DNA from: Candidatus Pacebacteria bacterium UBA6180
Lineage (GTDB): Bacteria; Patescibacteriota; Microgenomatia; UBA1400; PJMF01
Direction: 5' to 3'
DNA: 64,000 nt
NCBI GenBank assembly: GCA_002422165.1
Contig: DITQ01000010.1
Location: forward strand, 56,595 to 120,594
The number at the start of each line of letters is the position of its first letter. Within the stretch, counting starts at the first letter, position 1. A model generated the notes under the pieces. That model made no database searches and was not told the DNA's origin. It saw only the letters and a list, made by a program, of their open reading frames with translations. Positions 18,225-31,688 of this stretch are shown piece after piece. The position numbers were made by a program, and so were the translations under genes.

Positions 18225-19172
18225 ATGCAATCACCAAAACACAACAGAACTAACCCTGATCTCGCCTTGATCGACTTTTTGGAATCCCTTGAAGTCGAAA
18301 AAAACCTGAGCCGATTAACTATTCGTAACTACGGTCACTATTTGCGCCGTTTTAACGAGTGGTTTAAGGATCAGGGCTACAAAGATCTCAAAGAATTGGA
18401 CCGAGAAATTCTGCGCAAATACCGGATTTTTCTTGCTCGCTACAGTGACGAAATGTCAAGAACCCTATCAAAAAAGACACAAAGCTATCATGTGATCGCC
18501 TTGCGTTCTTGGTTTAAGTGGCTGACCAAAAATGACCAAGAAGTCATGCATCCGGAAAAAATTGACTTGCCTAAAGGTGAATCAACCCACATGCAGTTTG
18601 TCAACGTCGAAGAAATTGAGCGCCTGCTGTCGCAGCCAGAGCTTTCAAGTAAGGAAGGTCTTCGTGATAAGGCTATTTTGGAACTACTCTTCTCTACTGG
18701 TTTGCGGGTTAGCGAATTGGTGGGCCTCAACCGCGACCAGATTGACCTAGGCCGGCGCGAATTTGGTGTGATCGGCAAGGGTCGCCGGCCACGAGTAGTT
18801 TTTCTAAGCGAGCGAGCAGCTACCTGGCTGCAGCGCTATCTGGTTTCCAGAGAGGATAATTGGCGACCAATTTTCGTTCGTCACTCTGGTAAAAAACCTG
18901 ATCCTCTGATGGATGGCGATGAGATGCGCTTGACCACTCGCAGTATTCAGCGTCTAGTCGACCATTATGCTCGGCAGGCGCGCCTGACAGTCAAATTGAG
19001 TCCGCACGGCATCCGTCATAGTTTCGCCACGGATTTGCTAATCAATGGTGCAGGCTTGCGCGATGTCCAGGAGATGCTTGGGCACAAAAACATTGCCACG
19101 ACGCAGATTTACACCCATGTTACTCAGCCACAGCTTAAGAAGGTCTACGATGAAACCCACTCGAAGATGTAG
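18225..19172 (+). CDS. Xer-family tyrosine recombinase
   Basis: STGLRVSEL, GKGRRPR, HGIRHSFAT, LGHKNIATTQIY catalytic residues. Confidence 0.93.
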   Translation: MQSPKHNRTNPDLALIDFLESLEVEKNLSRLTIRNYGHYLRRFNEWFKDQGYKDLKELDREILRKYRIFLARYSDEMSRTLSKKTQSYHVIALRSWFKWLTKNDQEVMHPEKIDLPKGESTHMQFVNVEEIERLLSQPELSSKEGLRDKAILELLFSTGLRVSELVGLNRDQIDLGRREFGVIGKGRRPRVVFLSERAATWLQRYLVSREDNWRPIFVRHSGKKPDPLMDGDEMRLTTRSIQRLVDHYARQARLTVKLSPHGIRHSFATDLLINGAGLRDVQEMLGHKNIATTQIYTHVTQPQLKKVYDETHSKM

Positions 19173-19249
19173 GCTTAGTTTATAGAAGTGGCGCATTGAA
19201 AACCAAGTCTAGTGATGTTAAAATTCCCCTTGTCTTAAAATCACAAATC

Positions 19250-19323
19250 GGGCCGGTAGCTCAGTTGGCTAGAGCGCTTCTATGGCATAGAAGAGGTCAG
19301 GGGTTCAAGTCCCCTTCGGTCCA
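19250..19323 (+). tRNA. tRNA-Ala(GGC)
   Basis: gggccgg/tcggtcc acceptor with G3:U70; cttct-atGGCat-agaag anticodon arm; GTTCAA; CCA not encoded. Confidence 0.95.
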
Positions 19324-19326
19324 CAC

Positions 19327-20196
19327 ATGAATAGACCATTATATCCTGCTTTTTCGCTTCTTTTGGCTACTTTCCTCTACAGCTTCTTTGGTGTCTTGAC
19401 TAGGATAATGGGCTTTGATTTGCCGATTTATTTCGCCAGTTTTACAAGAGATCTGGCGGGAGCGCTGATTTTGCTGCTACCTCTGGTGCTACTGGGCAAA
19501 TTGCAAAAAGTTGCTAAACAAGATTGGCCTTGGCTGATTTTACGCTCGGCTGGCGGAGTTTTTGGCTTCCTTGGTTCTTATTATGCTATGTATAATTTGC
19601 CGATTGGCACGGCTTATTTCATTTTCTATGGTGGCTCGACGATTTTTGGTTTCCTATCTGGAGCTTGGCTATTCAAGGAAAAAATTAGCTTCATCGAAGG
19701 CTTGTCGCTTTTGGTTTCGCTGCTTGGCTTGATCATGATTTATTCCATCGGTGGAGTGGGCGTTGGTTTATTGCCTTACGTGATTTGGGCTTTTGTAGGC
19801 GGCATGGGGGCAGCGGTCTGGAACACTTTTTCCAAGAAAATCTCAGGGATTTACAGTGCTACTCAGCTCAATGGTTTGGATTTTGCGATTTTTACAGTTA
19901 TGATGCTTGGTTTATCGCTTTTGGCTGGTGAAACTTGGGTGGCGCCTGCATGGAATCTAATTTGGCTAGCTAACTTACTCTTCGTCATCATGTTTGTGGT
20001 GACTGGTCAGTTGATGATTTATGGTTTTAAGTACCTCGATGCGCAGAAAGGCAGTCTGATTATGCTGCTAGAGGTAGTTTTTGGCGCACTGATTGGTTGG
20101 CTGTTTTATCAGGAAGCGCTTGGTATAGGAGCTCTCCTTGGTGGCTTACTGATTTTGCTTGGGGCGGTATTGCCGCAGGTAAGCAAAAAAGCTTAA
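19327..20196 (+). CDS. EamA/DMT-family transporter
   Basis: About 10 TM segments in two repeats; LFKEKIS and LLEVVFG motifs. Confidence 0.88.
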   Translation: MNRPLYPAFSLLLATFLYSFFGVLTRIMGFDLPIYFASFTRDLAGALILLLPLVLLGKLQKVAKQDWPWLILRSAGGVFGFLGSYYAMYNLPIGTAYFIFYGGSTIFGFLSGAWLFKEKISFIEGLSLLVSLLGLIMIYSIGGVGVGLLPYVIWAFVGGMGAAVWNTFSKKISGIYSATQLNGLDFAIFTVMMLGLSLLAGETWVAPAWNLIWLANLLFVIMFVVTGQLMIYGFKYLDAQKGSLIMLLEVVFGALIGWLFYQEALGIGALLGGLLILLGAVLPQVSKKA

Positions 20197-22934
20197 GCTT
20201 TATCCCCTTCACCCTCGTCCATGGTTAAGGCCACAGCGACAACCTGATCACCATCGCTCATTTTCATCAGGATCACGCCTTGTGTGGGACGAGTCAGGGT
20301 GGGAATGGAAGCTTTGCTGATCGGCATTTTGATAGCTTTGCCGGTTTTGGTGCTGATGACGACTTCTTTATTTGCGTCAGTGACCATTTTGGCAGAGGCG
20401 ACTTTGCCAGTGCGCTTGGTGATTTCAGAAACTTTGACTCCGAGGCCAGATCGTTTCTGAAGTGGGTAGTTCTCTAGAGTAGTGCGCTTGCCCATGCCGT
20501 TTTCAGTGATAATGAGCAAGCTGTTTTCTTTGAGAACTTCTTTTTTGTCCTCAAAAACCTCGACGCCGACAACAGAATCGCCGCTATGTAGGGTAATGCC
20601 TTTGACACCCTTGGTGTCGCGTTGGCTGGATTTAACCTCTTCTTCGCTGAAGCGAATTGATTTACCATCGTGAGTGATGAGCATGATGTGGTCGTGACCC
20701 GTGGTGATCTTGCCCCAGACGAGCTCATCACCGTCGTTGAGGATGATGGCTACGATGCCGCTTTGGCGAATATTGCTGAAGAGTTTGAGGGCAGTTTTCT
20801 TGACTAGACCATTTTTGGTGGCCAGGGTGACAAATTTATCTTTGTCAGCTTCTTGATCGACGACCAGTATGGAGAGAACTTTCTCTTCGCCCTTGAGATT
20901 GAGAATGTTGACGATGGCGGTGCCTTTGGCTTGGCGGCTGGCGTCAGGGATCTCGTAGGCCTTCATTTCGAAGACACGGCCCTGATTGGTGAAGAGGAAG
21001 AGGTTGTCATGAGTGTTGCAGGTGACGATACACTTGAGGACATCCTCAGCTTTCATGTTGAGGCCTTTACTGCCTTTACCGCCGCGAGACTGCGAGCGGA
21101 AGGCGTCTGGACTGAGGCGCTTGATGTAGCCACTTTCAGTCAGTGTGATAACCGTCGATTCATCGGCGATTAAGTCTTCTTCGTTGAATTCACCAATTTT
21201 GCCTTTGATGACTTTGGTGCGGCGCTCGTCACCGTAAAGCTCGATCATTTCCTTGGTTTCTTCAGCAATCTTGGCCAGAATTTTGGCAGGATCATTGAGC
21301 AAGTGGATCAAGATGCCAATGGCAGCCTGAATGGCGGCATATTCTTCTTCAATTTTCTGGCGCTCGAGAGCGGCCAGACGCTTGAGTTGCATTTCCAGGA
21401 TGGCGGATGCCTGCAGGTCACTGAGGCCAAATTTTTTCATCAGGGCTTCATGAGCGGTGGGCGTGTCTTTGGAGGAACGGATAGTTTGGATGACTTCGTC
21501 GAGATTATTGAGGGCGATAATCAGGCCTTCGAGGATGTGGGCGCGGTCGCGAGCTTCCTTGAGCTCGTTTTGGCTGCGGCGGACGACTACTAGTTGGCGG
21601 TGAATGATGTATTCGCGTAGTACCTGGCGCAAAGTCATCAGAGAAGGAGTGCCTTCGCTGTTGAGAGCGACCATATTCATCGAGAAGCTGCTTTGCAGCT
21701 CCGAGTATTTGAAGAGCTTGTTAAGGACGACGTTTGGGCGAGCGTCTTTTTTGAGCTCGACGGTGATTTCCATGCCCTTGCGGTCAGAGTCGTCGCGCAG
21801 GTTGCGGATGCCGACGATTTTTTTGTCGCGGACCAGGTCGGCGATCTTCATTAGCAAGCGAGCTTTGTTGACCTGATAAGGTAACTCGGTGATCGAAATC
21901 GAGAAAGAGCCTTTCTTGTCTTCCTCGATGCTGGCTTTGCCACGGATGACGATGCGACCCCGGCCAGTACGGTAGGCCTCAGAAATCTCCTTTTGGTCAT
22001 AGATGATGCCGGCGGTGGGGAAATCTGGACCCTTGATGTGCTCCATCAGTTCTTCGTGAGTAATGTCGCTTTCGAATTTACCAGTTAGAGCACTTGGTGC
22101 AGCAGCTAAAATAGCGTTAATACACTCCGAATCAGAACTGAGTTTCTCCTCACCAATTTCAATGGTGCTTTCAGTGGTAGCTTTGCCCTTGGCCAGCATG
22201 GCGACGATAGCGTTGCTGACCTCAGTTAAATTGTGAGGGGGGATTTTGGTGGCCATACCCACAGCAATACCTTCTGAGCCCATCAACAGGAAATTGGGAA
22301 TACGAGTTGGCATGACAGTGGGCTCTTTGGTGGAGCCATCGAAGTTGTCGACAAAGTCGACGGTACCTTTATTAATATCGGCCAAAAGTTCTTGGGCGAT
22401 TTTGGCGCTGCGAGCTTCGGTGTAACGCATAGCCGCTGGGCTGTCGCCGTCAATCGAACCAAAGTTACCCTGCCCATCAATTAGTGGGTAACGCATGCTA
22501 AAGTCCTGCGCTAAACGCACTAGGGCCATATAAACGGCACTGTCACCGTGAGGGTGATATCTACCCAGGACATCACCGACGATACGCGCAGATTTCTTGT
22601 AAGGCGTGTTGTAGTGAATGCCCGATTTGAACATGGAATAAAGGATGCGGCGGTGTACTGGCTTGAGACCATCACGGACGTCAGGCAGAGCGCGCGAGAC
22701 AATGACGCTCATCGCGTAATCGAGGTAGGATTTTTCCATCTCGTTGACGATGGAAGTGTGTTTGAGTTTGCCATAAGCACTGTCCTCGATGGTGCCGATT
22801 TTAGAGGCGAGCTCTTCTTCATTAATTTCTTCGATTTCGCTGGTAATTTCGTGTTTAGTGGTCTCGTCGGCAGAGTCAGTCTCTTCGAGATTTTCAACGC
22901 TGATGTTTAATTCGTCTGCCTGTGCTTTTGACAT
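20193..22934 (-). CDS. gyrA: DNA gyrase subunit A
   Basis: [29 protein letters not shown], GyrA-box QSRGGKG. Confidence 0.98.
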   Translation of the reverse strand: MSKAQADELNISVENLEETDSADETTKHEITSEIEEINEEELASKIGTIEDSAYGKLKHTSIVNEMEKSYLDYAMSVIVSRALPDVRDGLKPVHRRILYSMFKSGIHYNTPYKKSARIVGDVLGRYHPHGDSAVYMALVRLAQDFSMRYPLIDGQGNFGSIDGDSPAAMRYTEARSAKIAQELLADINKGTVDFVDNFDGSTKEPTVMPTRIPNFLLMGSEGIAVGMATKIPPHNLTEVSNAIVAMLAKGKATTESTIEIGEEKLSSDSECINAILAAAPSALTGKFESDITHEELMEHIKGPDFPTAGIIYDQKEISEAYRTGRGRIVIRGKASIEEDKKGSFSISITELPYQVNKARLLMKIADLVRDKKIVGIRNLRDDSDRKGMEITVELKKDARPNVVLNKLFKYSELQSSFSMNMVALNSEGTPSLMTLRQVLREYIIHRQLVVVRRSQNELKEARDRAHILEGLIIALNNLDEVIQTIRSSKDTPTAHEALMKKFGLSDLQASAILEMQLKRLAALERQKIEEEYAAIQAAIGILIHLLNDPAKILAKIAEETKEMIELYGDERRTKVIKGKIGEFNEEDLIADESTVITLTESGYIKRLSPDAFRSQSRGGKGSKGLNMKAEDVLKCIVTCNTHDNLFLFTNQGRVFEMKAYEIPDASRQAKGTAIVNILNLKGEEKVLSILVVDQEADKDKFVTLATKNGLVKKTALKLFSNIRQSGIVAIILNDGDELVWGKITTGHDHIMLITHDGKSIRFSEEEVKSSQRDTKGVKGITLHSGDSVVGVEVFEDKKEVLKENSLLIITENGMGKRTTLENYPLQKRSGLGVKVSEITKRTGKVASAKMVTDANKEVVISTKTGKAIKMPISKASIPTLTRPTQGVILMKMSDGDQVVAVALTMDEGEGDKA

Positions 22935-23069
22935 ATTGTTTTACTTATTGATCTATTGTTTTATATATTGATTGTTTTTGATTATACTTGAGTAAATAGA
23001 TTGATGAGTCAATCAAATTATTTACTTAGCCCTTTTAGCAGTCAATTCTCTACTCTGCTAATTAGCTGC

Positions 23070-24023
23070 TCACTTGCTCGCTCCAAAAATTGCCTCGATC
23101 GGTGGAGCGATTTCTTTCTTGCGTGACAAACGCGCGCCGATATCTAACACTTGTTTGGTCACTTGACCGCCGAAGGCTTGCTCAGCCACAGCAGCACCAC
23201 TTTCGTCCAAAACCAAGAGTTTGCTATTGAGCTTGAGGATATCGGTAATGACCACGAAAATGTGTTCGACACCGAGGTCTTTTTTGACCTTAGCCATCGC
23301 TTCCAGTAAGCAGTCTTTTTTGTCGGCTAAGATGGTGTCTTGTTCGACTGTCTCCAGCTGATCGATCATGACTTTCGAACCAGCGAAATCAAAGATCTTG
23401 TAATCGTTTTTGACGATTTCTTCACAGCTTAGTTTGCTTACATCTGACTTAGCTTTGAAGATCTCCAAAGTGAAGGCGTCGACGTCGTCAATGTTTGCTA
23501 ACCCTGCTAGCCAAGCCGCTACATCGCGGTCCTTGGGGGTGCAGGTAGCGGACTTGAAACCAACGGTGTCGGATAAAATGGCCGCCAGCATCAGAGCTGC
23601 TAATTTGGAATCCGGGGTGAAGTTATTTTTTTGCATCATGTGGGCGATGATGGTGTTGACAGAGCCCCAAGGTTTGAAAGTTAGGAAGATTGGCTGGTTG
23701 AAGTTGAGGTTGGCTTTGTGGTGATCAACGATCTCGACAATCTGTTTTTCAGGCAGATCGATCAAGCGCTGATTCGCTTCGTTGTGGTCGACCAGAACGA
23801 CTTGGTCATCGGTTTGCAGTTGTGTGGCAGTGAGCACATTGGGAGCAGATAATTCAAATTTGTCTAAGAGAAACTTAGTCTCGTTGTTGACCTCTTCTGT
23901 GATAGCCGGAATAACGTCCTGGTAGCCGAAGCAATCAGCGCCCTGGTAAAGAGCAGCTAGCGACATGGCTGCAACTACAGAGTCAGTGTCTGGTTTGAGG
24001 TGTCCGATGACGTAAGTTTTCAT
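23070..24023 (-). CDS. ppaC: Mn-dependent inorganic pyrophosphatase (family II, DHH)
   Basis: GHLKPDTDS, LVDHNE, VDHH, ILSDT, SRKK. Confidence 0.95.
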   Translation of the reverse strand: MKTYVIGHLKPDTDSVVAAMSLAALYQGADCFGYQDVIPAITEEVNNETKFLLDKFELSAPNVLTATQLQTDDQVVLVDHNEANQRLIDLPEKQIVEIVDHHKANLNFNQPIFLTFKPWGSVNTIIAHMMQKNNFTPDSKLAALMLAAILSDTVGFKSATCTPKDRDVAAWLAGLANIDDVDAFTLEIFKAKSDVSKLSCEEIVKNDYKIFDFAGSKVMIDQLETVEQDTILADKKDCLLEAMAKVKKDLGVEHIFVVITDILKLNSKLLVLDESGAAVAEQAFGGQVTKQVLDIGARLSRKKEIAPPIEAIFGASK

Positions 24024-24059
24024 ATGGTGCTCTCTACTCCTTTCTGTTTAGGTTTTAGT

Positions 24060-26195
<2,136 letters not shown>

Positions 26196-26212
26196 TTACT
26201 GTATTTTACAGG

Positions 26213-26863
26213 CTAGTTGCGTAGGCCTACCAGAGAAAAAAAGCATTTTTCTAGAGATAATTGCACGTTTTGGTTGTGTCGCAGCGCCTGGTAAGCTTCC
26301 AGGAAACTTTTTTGTGCTGGGGAATTGGCAAGCATGAGTCCTCCGATGAGGCTGAGGGCTTTGTTGCGATCTTTGTTTGCTTGCGCCAACTGGATCGCCT
26401 CGGTGTAGTTGTTTGGCCAGGAGAAGTTGTTTTCTACCCTAGTTTGACTCTGGGCAAGTGAGATCACTAAGCAGCGTGAAATAATGGTTTCCAAAATTTT
26501 CCAAAGTTCGTAGACTGGCAACAAAATCAAGGTGTGAGCTGGACTTTCCTCGAGGATTTTGAGGGCGGCATTTTGGGCCTCGGCACCTGCCGTTTCGAAG
26601 TTGAGCAAGACGAAGGCGCGTTGGCCTTGGCCTGAGAAGCTGCTGCTATAGGCAGCAGCAGTTTGCATCAGTCTAACTTCTTCGATGGGAAAGTTGGCGT
26701 AAGTTTCGTTAAAAAAAGTGATATTTTCTCTTGTAATGTTGATTTTGGTCGCGCTTAGGTAATCAAGAACATTTTGCTTGACCACTTCGATTTGATTTTC
26801 TGGCTCAAGTAAAGCATTTCCTTGATCTAACAGTAAAATTTGACTAGTATGAAAAACTGACAT
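26213..26863 (-). CDS. Truncated DNA polymerase III delta'-like protein
   Basis: IEEVR, AQNAALKILEE, ILETIISRC. Confidence 0.75.
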   Translation of the reverse strand: MSVFHTSQILLLDQGNALLEPENQIEVVKQNVLDYLSATKINITRENITFFNETYANFPIEEVRLMQTAAAYSSSFSGQGQRAFVLLNFETAGAEAQNAALKILEESPAHTLILLPVYELWKILETIISRCLVISLAQSQTRVENNFSWPNNYTEAIQLAQANKDRNKALSLIGGLMLANSPAQKSFLEAYQALRHNQNVQLSLEKCFFSLVGLRN

Positions 26864-26950
26864 TGCATTAACCGATCTTGCTTCGTAAAAATCTACTTTG
26901 ATTCTTCAACTCAGATTGATTTTGTGCCATTATAAAGGCAGAGTTTAGAT

Positions 26951-28723
26951 ATGTTAACTGCCCAAACCGATTCTAGCGGAGCTGTGTATATCCCCACCAA
27001 TTCTTTTGTGGATGTTTTGTATCAAAAAGGCCAATTGACTCAGGCTCAGGTTGAATTGTTGCGCCAAGAACAATTGAGTGCTTCGGAAGATTATGAATCT
27101 TTAATCAAAAATCAAAATTTACTTAGTGCAGCAATTATCAATCAAGCCAAAGCTGAATATAACCATTTGGGCTACGTTGATTTGGCGGCGGTGGGAATTG
27201 ACTCAGAGGCGCTTGGTTTGCTTGATGAAGCAATTGCTAAGCGTTACAAAGTGTTGCCTTTTGCTCTAGATAAAGAGCAGGACTCGATCAAAATCGCCAT
27301 GCTTGATCCTTTGGATTTGACGACGATTGAGTTTTTGCGCCAAAAAACAGGTCATAATGTCGAGGCTTACTATGCTGACGCTGAAGCTTTGGAAAGGCTA
27401 ATAGTTGAGCGTTATTCTCAGAATTTGTCAACCGAAGTTGATGAGGCTCTGCGCACCACCAGTCAATTTCAGAACCAAGCGGCGCGAGGCGTGGCAGTTA
27501 ATAATTCTGGTCAAATTTTGCGCGATGCACCAATCAATCGCATTGTGGAGAATATTTTGGATTTCGCCATTAGTTCGCGAGCTTCTGACGTTCACATCGA
27601 ACCACAGGGAAATAGCGTCCGAGTGCGTTATCGCATCGATGGTATTTTGGTAGAGAAATTAATTTTACCGCGCAATGTCCATGATGCAGTGATTTCAAGA
27701 ATCAAAATTATGTCCAACTTGAAGATTGACGAAAAGCGTTTGCCTCAGGATGGACGCTTCGATTATGCATCTTCTGGCAAGGAGGTTGATTTACGTATTT
27801 CTACTCTGCCAACTGTACATGGAGAGAAAATCGTAATGCGTCTACTTGAAAAGAACACGGCCGTGCCTTCGCTACAGGATTTAGGATTGCGTGGACTAGC
27901 GCTACAGCGAGTTATGGACAGCATCAAGATTCCTCACGGCATTATTTTGATCACTGGTCCTACCGGTTCTGGTAAAACTACTACTCTCTACTCCATCCTA
28001 CACATGATTAATAATGTCGGAGTCAACATCATGACTATTGAGGATCCAGTTGAATACCAGATTCCTGGAGTTAGCCAGGTGCAGGTTAACCCTAAGGCAG
28101 GTTTAACTTTTGCTTCTGGTTTGCGGTCATTTTTGCGTCAAGATCCAGACATTATTATGGTGGGAGAAATTCGTGATAACGAAACTGCTGATCTGGCTTT
28201 GCAGGCTTCACTAACTGGTCATTTGGTGTTCTCCACCCTTCACACAAATAGTGCGGCTGGAGCGTTGCCTCGTCTACTCGACATGGAGGCTGAGCCATTT
28301 CTCTTATCATCATCGATGCTCTTGACTCTTGGTCAACGGGTGGTACGACGTATCAATCCTAACTATAAAGAAGAATACAAGCCAGATGAAACTGTGATTG
28401 CCAATATCAAGAAAGTTTTGGGACCACTTTTTGAAAATTTTTGCAAAGAAAACAATAAAGATCCAAACAACATCACTCTTTTTCGTCCGATGGCCAATCG
28501 GCCGCCTACGGAACCAGAATACAAGGGTCGGGTGGCTATTTTTGAGGTGATGGCGATAACACCACAAATTTCTCAACTTATCATGAAGCGTAGTTCTGAG
28601 CCAGAATTAGAGGGCGTGGCGCTTCAGCAAGGGATGATGCTGATGAAGCAAGATGGTTATCTCAAGGCTCTTGAGGGAGTAACGACGATTGAGGAAGTAA
28701 TTAGAGTGGCTGAGGTCAAATAA
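26951..28723 (+). CDS. pilB: Type IV pilus assembly ATPase (PilB/GspE)
   Basis: ASDVHIEP, RLPQDGR, GPTGSGKTT, RQDPDIIMVGEIRD, TGHLVFSTLHTN. Confidence 0.95.
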   Translation: MLTAQTDSSGAVYIPTNSFVDVLYQKGQLTQAQVELLRQEQLSASEDYESLIKNQNLLSAAIINQAKAEYNHLGYVDLAAVGIDSEALGLLDEAIAKRYKVLPFALDKEQDSIKIAMLDPLDLTTIEFLRQKTGHNVEAYYADAEALERLIVERYSQNLSTEVDEALRTTSQFQNQAARGVAVNNSGQILRDAPINRIVENILDFAISSRASDVHIEPQGNSVRVRYRIDGILVEKLILPRNVHDAVISRIKIMSNLKIDEKRLPQDGRFDYASSGKEVDLRISTLPTVHGEKIVMRLLEKNTAVPSLQDLGLRGLALQRVMDSIKIPHGIILITGPTGSGKTTTLYSILHMINNVGVNIMTIEDPVEYQIPGVSQVQVNPKAGLTFASGLRSFLRQDPDIIMVGEIRDNETADLALQASLTGHLVFSTLHTNSAAGALPRLLDMEAEPFLLSSSMLLTLGQRVVRRINPNYKEEYKPDETVIANIKKVLGPLFENFCKENNKDPNNITLFRPMANRPPTEPEYKGRVAIFEVMAITPQISQLIMKRSSEPELEGVALQQGMMLMKQDGYLKALEGVTTIEEVIRVAEVK

Positions 28724-28735
28724 AGGGGTGAACAA

Positions 28736-29791
28736 ATGCAAATACAAGACTTACTTCAATTTATAATTGATAACAAAGGTTCTGATATTCATCTAGTAGC
28801 TGGGTCACCGCTGTCAGTGCGGGTCAATGGTGTTTTGAGTTTTCCAGCTGGACCACAACCGCTCAATAAAGAGCAGGTGCAAGCTCTGATTTTTGCTATT
28901 CTCACTCCAACTCAGCGCACTGCTTTGGAAGAAAAAAAAGAAATTGACTTGGCTTATCAGTTCGCTGATCGAGGTCGTTTTAGAATCAATGTTTATCGGC
29001 AAATGGAAAGCTATGCTGCAGCACTGCGTTTGATTCCTGATACGATTCTAAGCATTGATGATCTTGGTTTACCCAAAATTTTTCACAGTTTCGCCAACTA
29101 CAATCAAGGTCTAGTGCTTTTTACTGGGCCAACTGGCGAAGGCAAATCAACTTCGTTGGCAGCTATTATCGACGAAATCAATCAGACTGAGAGCCGCCAC
29201 ATTTTAACCATTGAAGATCCAGTTGAGTTTGTCTACAAATCCGCCAAAAGCGTAATTTCGCAGCGTGAGGTGGGTAAAGACACTCATGCTTGGCAGGCGG
29301 CCTTGCGCTCGGCCTTGCGTAGTGATCCAGACGTAGTGTTGGTTGGTGAAATGCGCGATTTCGAGACAATTTCTTTGACGATGACCTTAGCAGAGACTGG
29401 TCACTTGGTTTTTGCGACCTTACACACCAACACTTCCTCGCAGACCATCGATCGCATTGTTGATGTTTTTCCATCTCACCAGCAAGCACAAGTTCGCCAA
29501 CAACTTTCAACAGTACTTAACGCAGTGGTCTCGCAGCGCCTGGTTCCTAGAATCCATGGCGGGCGTGTGGCAGCGGTAGAGATTATGCTCAACACGCCCG
29601 CCATCGCTAACTTAATCCGTGAGAAAAAAGTTTTTCAGATCGATGGTGTTATTCAGACATCTTCTGGTTCTGGGATGATGCTTTTGGAGAGTCACCTGCT
29701 GGACTTAGTTAATCAAAAAATTATTAGCAAAGAAACTGCGCTCAAGAGAGCTTTTCGACCAAACGAGCTTATTAGATTGATGGGTGACTAA
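28736..29791 (+). CDS. pilT: Pilus retraction ATPase
   Basis: GRFRIN, GPTGEGKST, DPDVVLVGEMRD, AIANLIRE. Confidence 0.95.
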   Translation: MQIQDLLQFIIDNKGSDIHLVAGSPLSVRVNGVLSFPAGPQPLNKEQVQALIFAILTPTQRTALEEKKEIDLAYQFADRGRFRINVYRQMESYAAALRLIPDTILSIDDLGLPKIFHSFANYNQGLVLFTGPTGEGKSTSLAAIIDEINQTESRHILTIEDPVEFVYKSAKSVISQREVGKDTHAWQAALRSALRSDPDVVLVGEMRDFETISLTMTLAETGHLVFATLHTNTSSQTIDRIVDVFPSHQQAQVRQQLSTVLNAVVSQRLVPRIHGGRVAAVEIMLNTPAIANLIREKKVFQIDGVIQTSSGSGMMLLESHLLDLVNQKIISKETALKRAFRPNELIRLMGD

Positions 29792-29815
29792 TTTTTGAAA
29801 ACTTGATTATTAGAT

Positions 29816-31018
29816 ATGCCAATTTTTAAATACGTAGTCAAAAATAAACAGGGAGAAACTGTTAGAGGTAAGGTGGAAGCATCTTCGCATGTCCAAGCAG
29901 TTTCTACTCTGATGGGTCGAGACTTGTTTGTGATCGACGTGGTTCCTTTGGGTCAGCAGGATGGATTTTTGACTGGACTCTTGCACAACAAAGTCAAATT
30001 TGAAGATTTGGTCAATTTTACTCGTCAATTAGCGACCATGATCAATGCTGGTTTGCCTTTGGCGACGTCGCTTTCGATTTTAGAGGAGCAAGGCAAATCG
30101 GAAATGGCCAAATTAACAGGCAATTTACTCAAGGATGTTGAAGGCGGACTCAGCTTTTCTGCTTCTTTGGATAAGTATAAGGATAGTTTTTCACGAATCT
30201 ACGTGCAGCTAGTGAAAGCTGGTGAGATAGGTGGTGTTTTGGACAACGTCTTGGATCGGTTGGCTGTGACCATGGAGAAAGAAAAAGATTTTCGTGCCAA
30301 AACTAGAGGAGCGATGGTTTATCCAGTTATCATTATCTTGGCGATGGTGGCGGTTGTGATTGTGATGATGGTAGCAGTTATTCCAAAATTGACGGAGATG
30401 TATCAGGATTTCGGGGCGGACCTGCCAATGGCAACTCAAGTGCTAATGAGTGTGTCTAATTTTTTTGTCAACTCTTGGTGGTTTTTGGCTTTGTTGACGG
30501 CTGGCTTGGTTTTTGCTTTGCGCTCTTTCAAGAAAACTCCTCGTGGTGAAAAAGCAATTGATGGTCTTTTTTTGCGTATGCCAATCATCGGAGTGCTTAA
30601 GCAAAAAATTGTTTTGACTGATTTCACTCGCACTCTCTCTCTTTTGCTAGGAGCAGGTGTTTCTCTTCTCGAGGCTTTAGACATCGTGGCTTCAGCAATT
30701 AGCAGCGCAGTTTACCGAGAACAGTTACAAGAGATTAATAAACAAGTTGAAAAGGGCGTTGCTCTTTCTGACGCCATTTCTAGTTATGAAAACTTCCCCC
30801 CCATCTTGCATCAGATGGTTGCTGTGGGTGAAGAAACGGGCAAGTTGGACGAAATTTTATCTAAAATTTCTGAATATTTCGAGAAAGAAAGTGAGTACGC
30901 TATCAAGAATTTAACTACTGCCATTGAGCCAATGATTATGATTTTACTTGGCATTGGGGTCGGATTTATCGTGATTGCGATCATTATGCCAATCTACAGC
31001 TTGACTAGTCAGTTTTAA
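29816..31018 (+). CDS. pilC: Pilus platform protein (PilC/GspF)
   Basis: FTRQLATMINAG, AMVYP, VGEETGKLD, IEP. Confidence 0.95.
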   Translation: MPIFKYVVKNKQGETVRGKVEASSHVQAVSTLMGRDLFVIDVVPLGQQDGFLTGLLHNKVKFEDLVNFTRQLATMINAGLPLATSLSILEEQGKSEMAKLTGNLLKDVEGGLSFSASLDKYKDSFSRIYVQLVKAGEIGGVLDNVLDRLAVTMEKEKDFRAKTRGAMVYPVIIILAMVAVVIVMMVAVIPKLTEMYQDFGADLPMATQVLMSVSNFFVNSWWFLALLTAGLVFALRSFKKTPRGEKAIDGLFLRMPIIGVLKQKIVLTDFTRTLSLLLGAGVSLLEALDIVASAISSAVYREQLQEINKQVEKGVALSDAISSYENFPPILHQMVAVGEETGKLDEILSKISEYFEKESEYAIKNLTTAIEPMIMILLGIGVGFIVIAIIMPIYSLTSQF

Positions 31019-31049
31019 TTGCGCTAAACTATTTGTGAATAGGAATTCT

Positions 31050-31682
31050 ATGCAAAAAATTAAATTTTTCCAAAAAATTAAAAATCAGGCTGCTTTCACC
31101 ATGATTGAGCTTTTGATCGTGATCGCGATTCTTGGTATTTTGGCAGTGGCTGTTTTGGCAGCTATCAATCCAATTGAACAGATCAACCGCGGTCGTGACA
31201 CTGGTTCTCGGTCTGATTCTGAGCAGTTGCTCAGTGCCATTGATCGCTTCTATGCTTACAAGGGTTACTACCCATGGTTGACTAATCCCAATGACACTTC
31301 AACTTTAGCCTGGCGCGGTGTGGCCGGAGATACAACAATCACTTTTAGTGATGGAGGCTCGATTTCAGCTTGGCCTGACAACACTTCTCCAGATCCTTGT
31401 TATGTTTTGGATAAGATTGCTAATGGAGATGGCAGCACTTGTGACGGCACCAACGAGGTTAAACGTAGCTTCGTCGATAAAATAACTAAATCTGATTACA
31501 ACCATCTCTATGTTTATTACAATGGTGACCCAGGGAGCAGTCTCTATGTCTGTTTCAAGCCACAGTCAGGAGCCATGAAGGAAGAAGCTTCGAGTCGCTG
31601 TAGTGCTGGATTGCCAGAAGATCTGCAGGGTGCAGTTAGCGAAATTTGTACTTCAGGCGCAGAATACATCTGTCTCCCATAA
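31050..31682 (+). CDS. Type IV pilin
   Basis: QAA|FTMIELLIVIAIL N-methylation motif; Cys-containing C-terminus; ATG 31050 (GTG 31035 possible). Confidence 0.9.
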   Translation: MQKIKFFQKIKNQAAFTMIELLIVIAILGILAVAVLAAINPIEQINRGRDTGSRSDSEQLLSAIDRFYAYKGYYPWLTNPNDTSTLAWRGVAGDTTITFSDGGSISAWPDNTSPDPCYVLDKIANGDGSTCDGTNEVKRSFVDKITKSDYNHLYVYYNGDPGSSLYVCFKPQSGAMKEEASSRCSAGLPEDLQGAVSEICTSGAEYICLP

Positions 31683-31688
31683 ATTCTG

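Noticed and set aside
18225-19323. Prophage or island integrase at tRNA-Ala
   Set aside because: Protein is Xer-sized with Xer-like motifs; no duplicated tRNA 3' end and no phage genes seen
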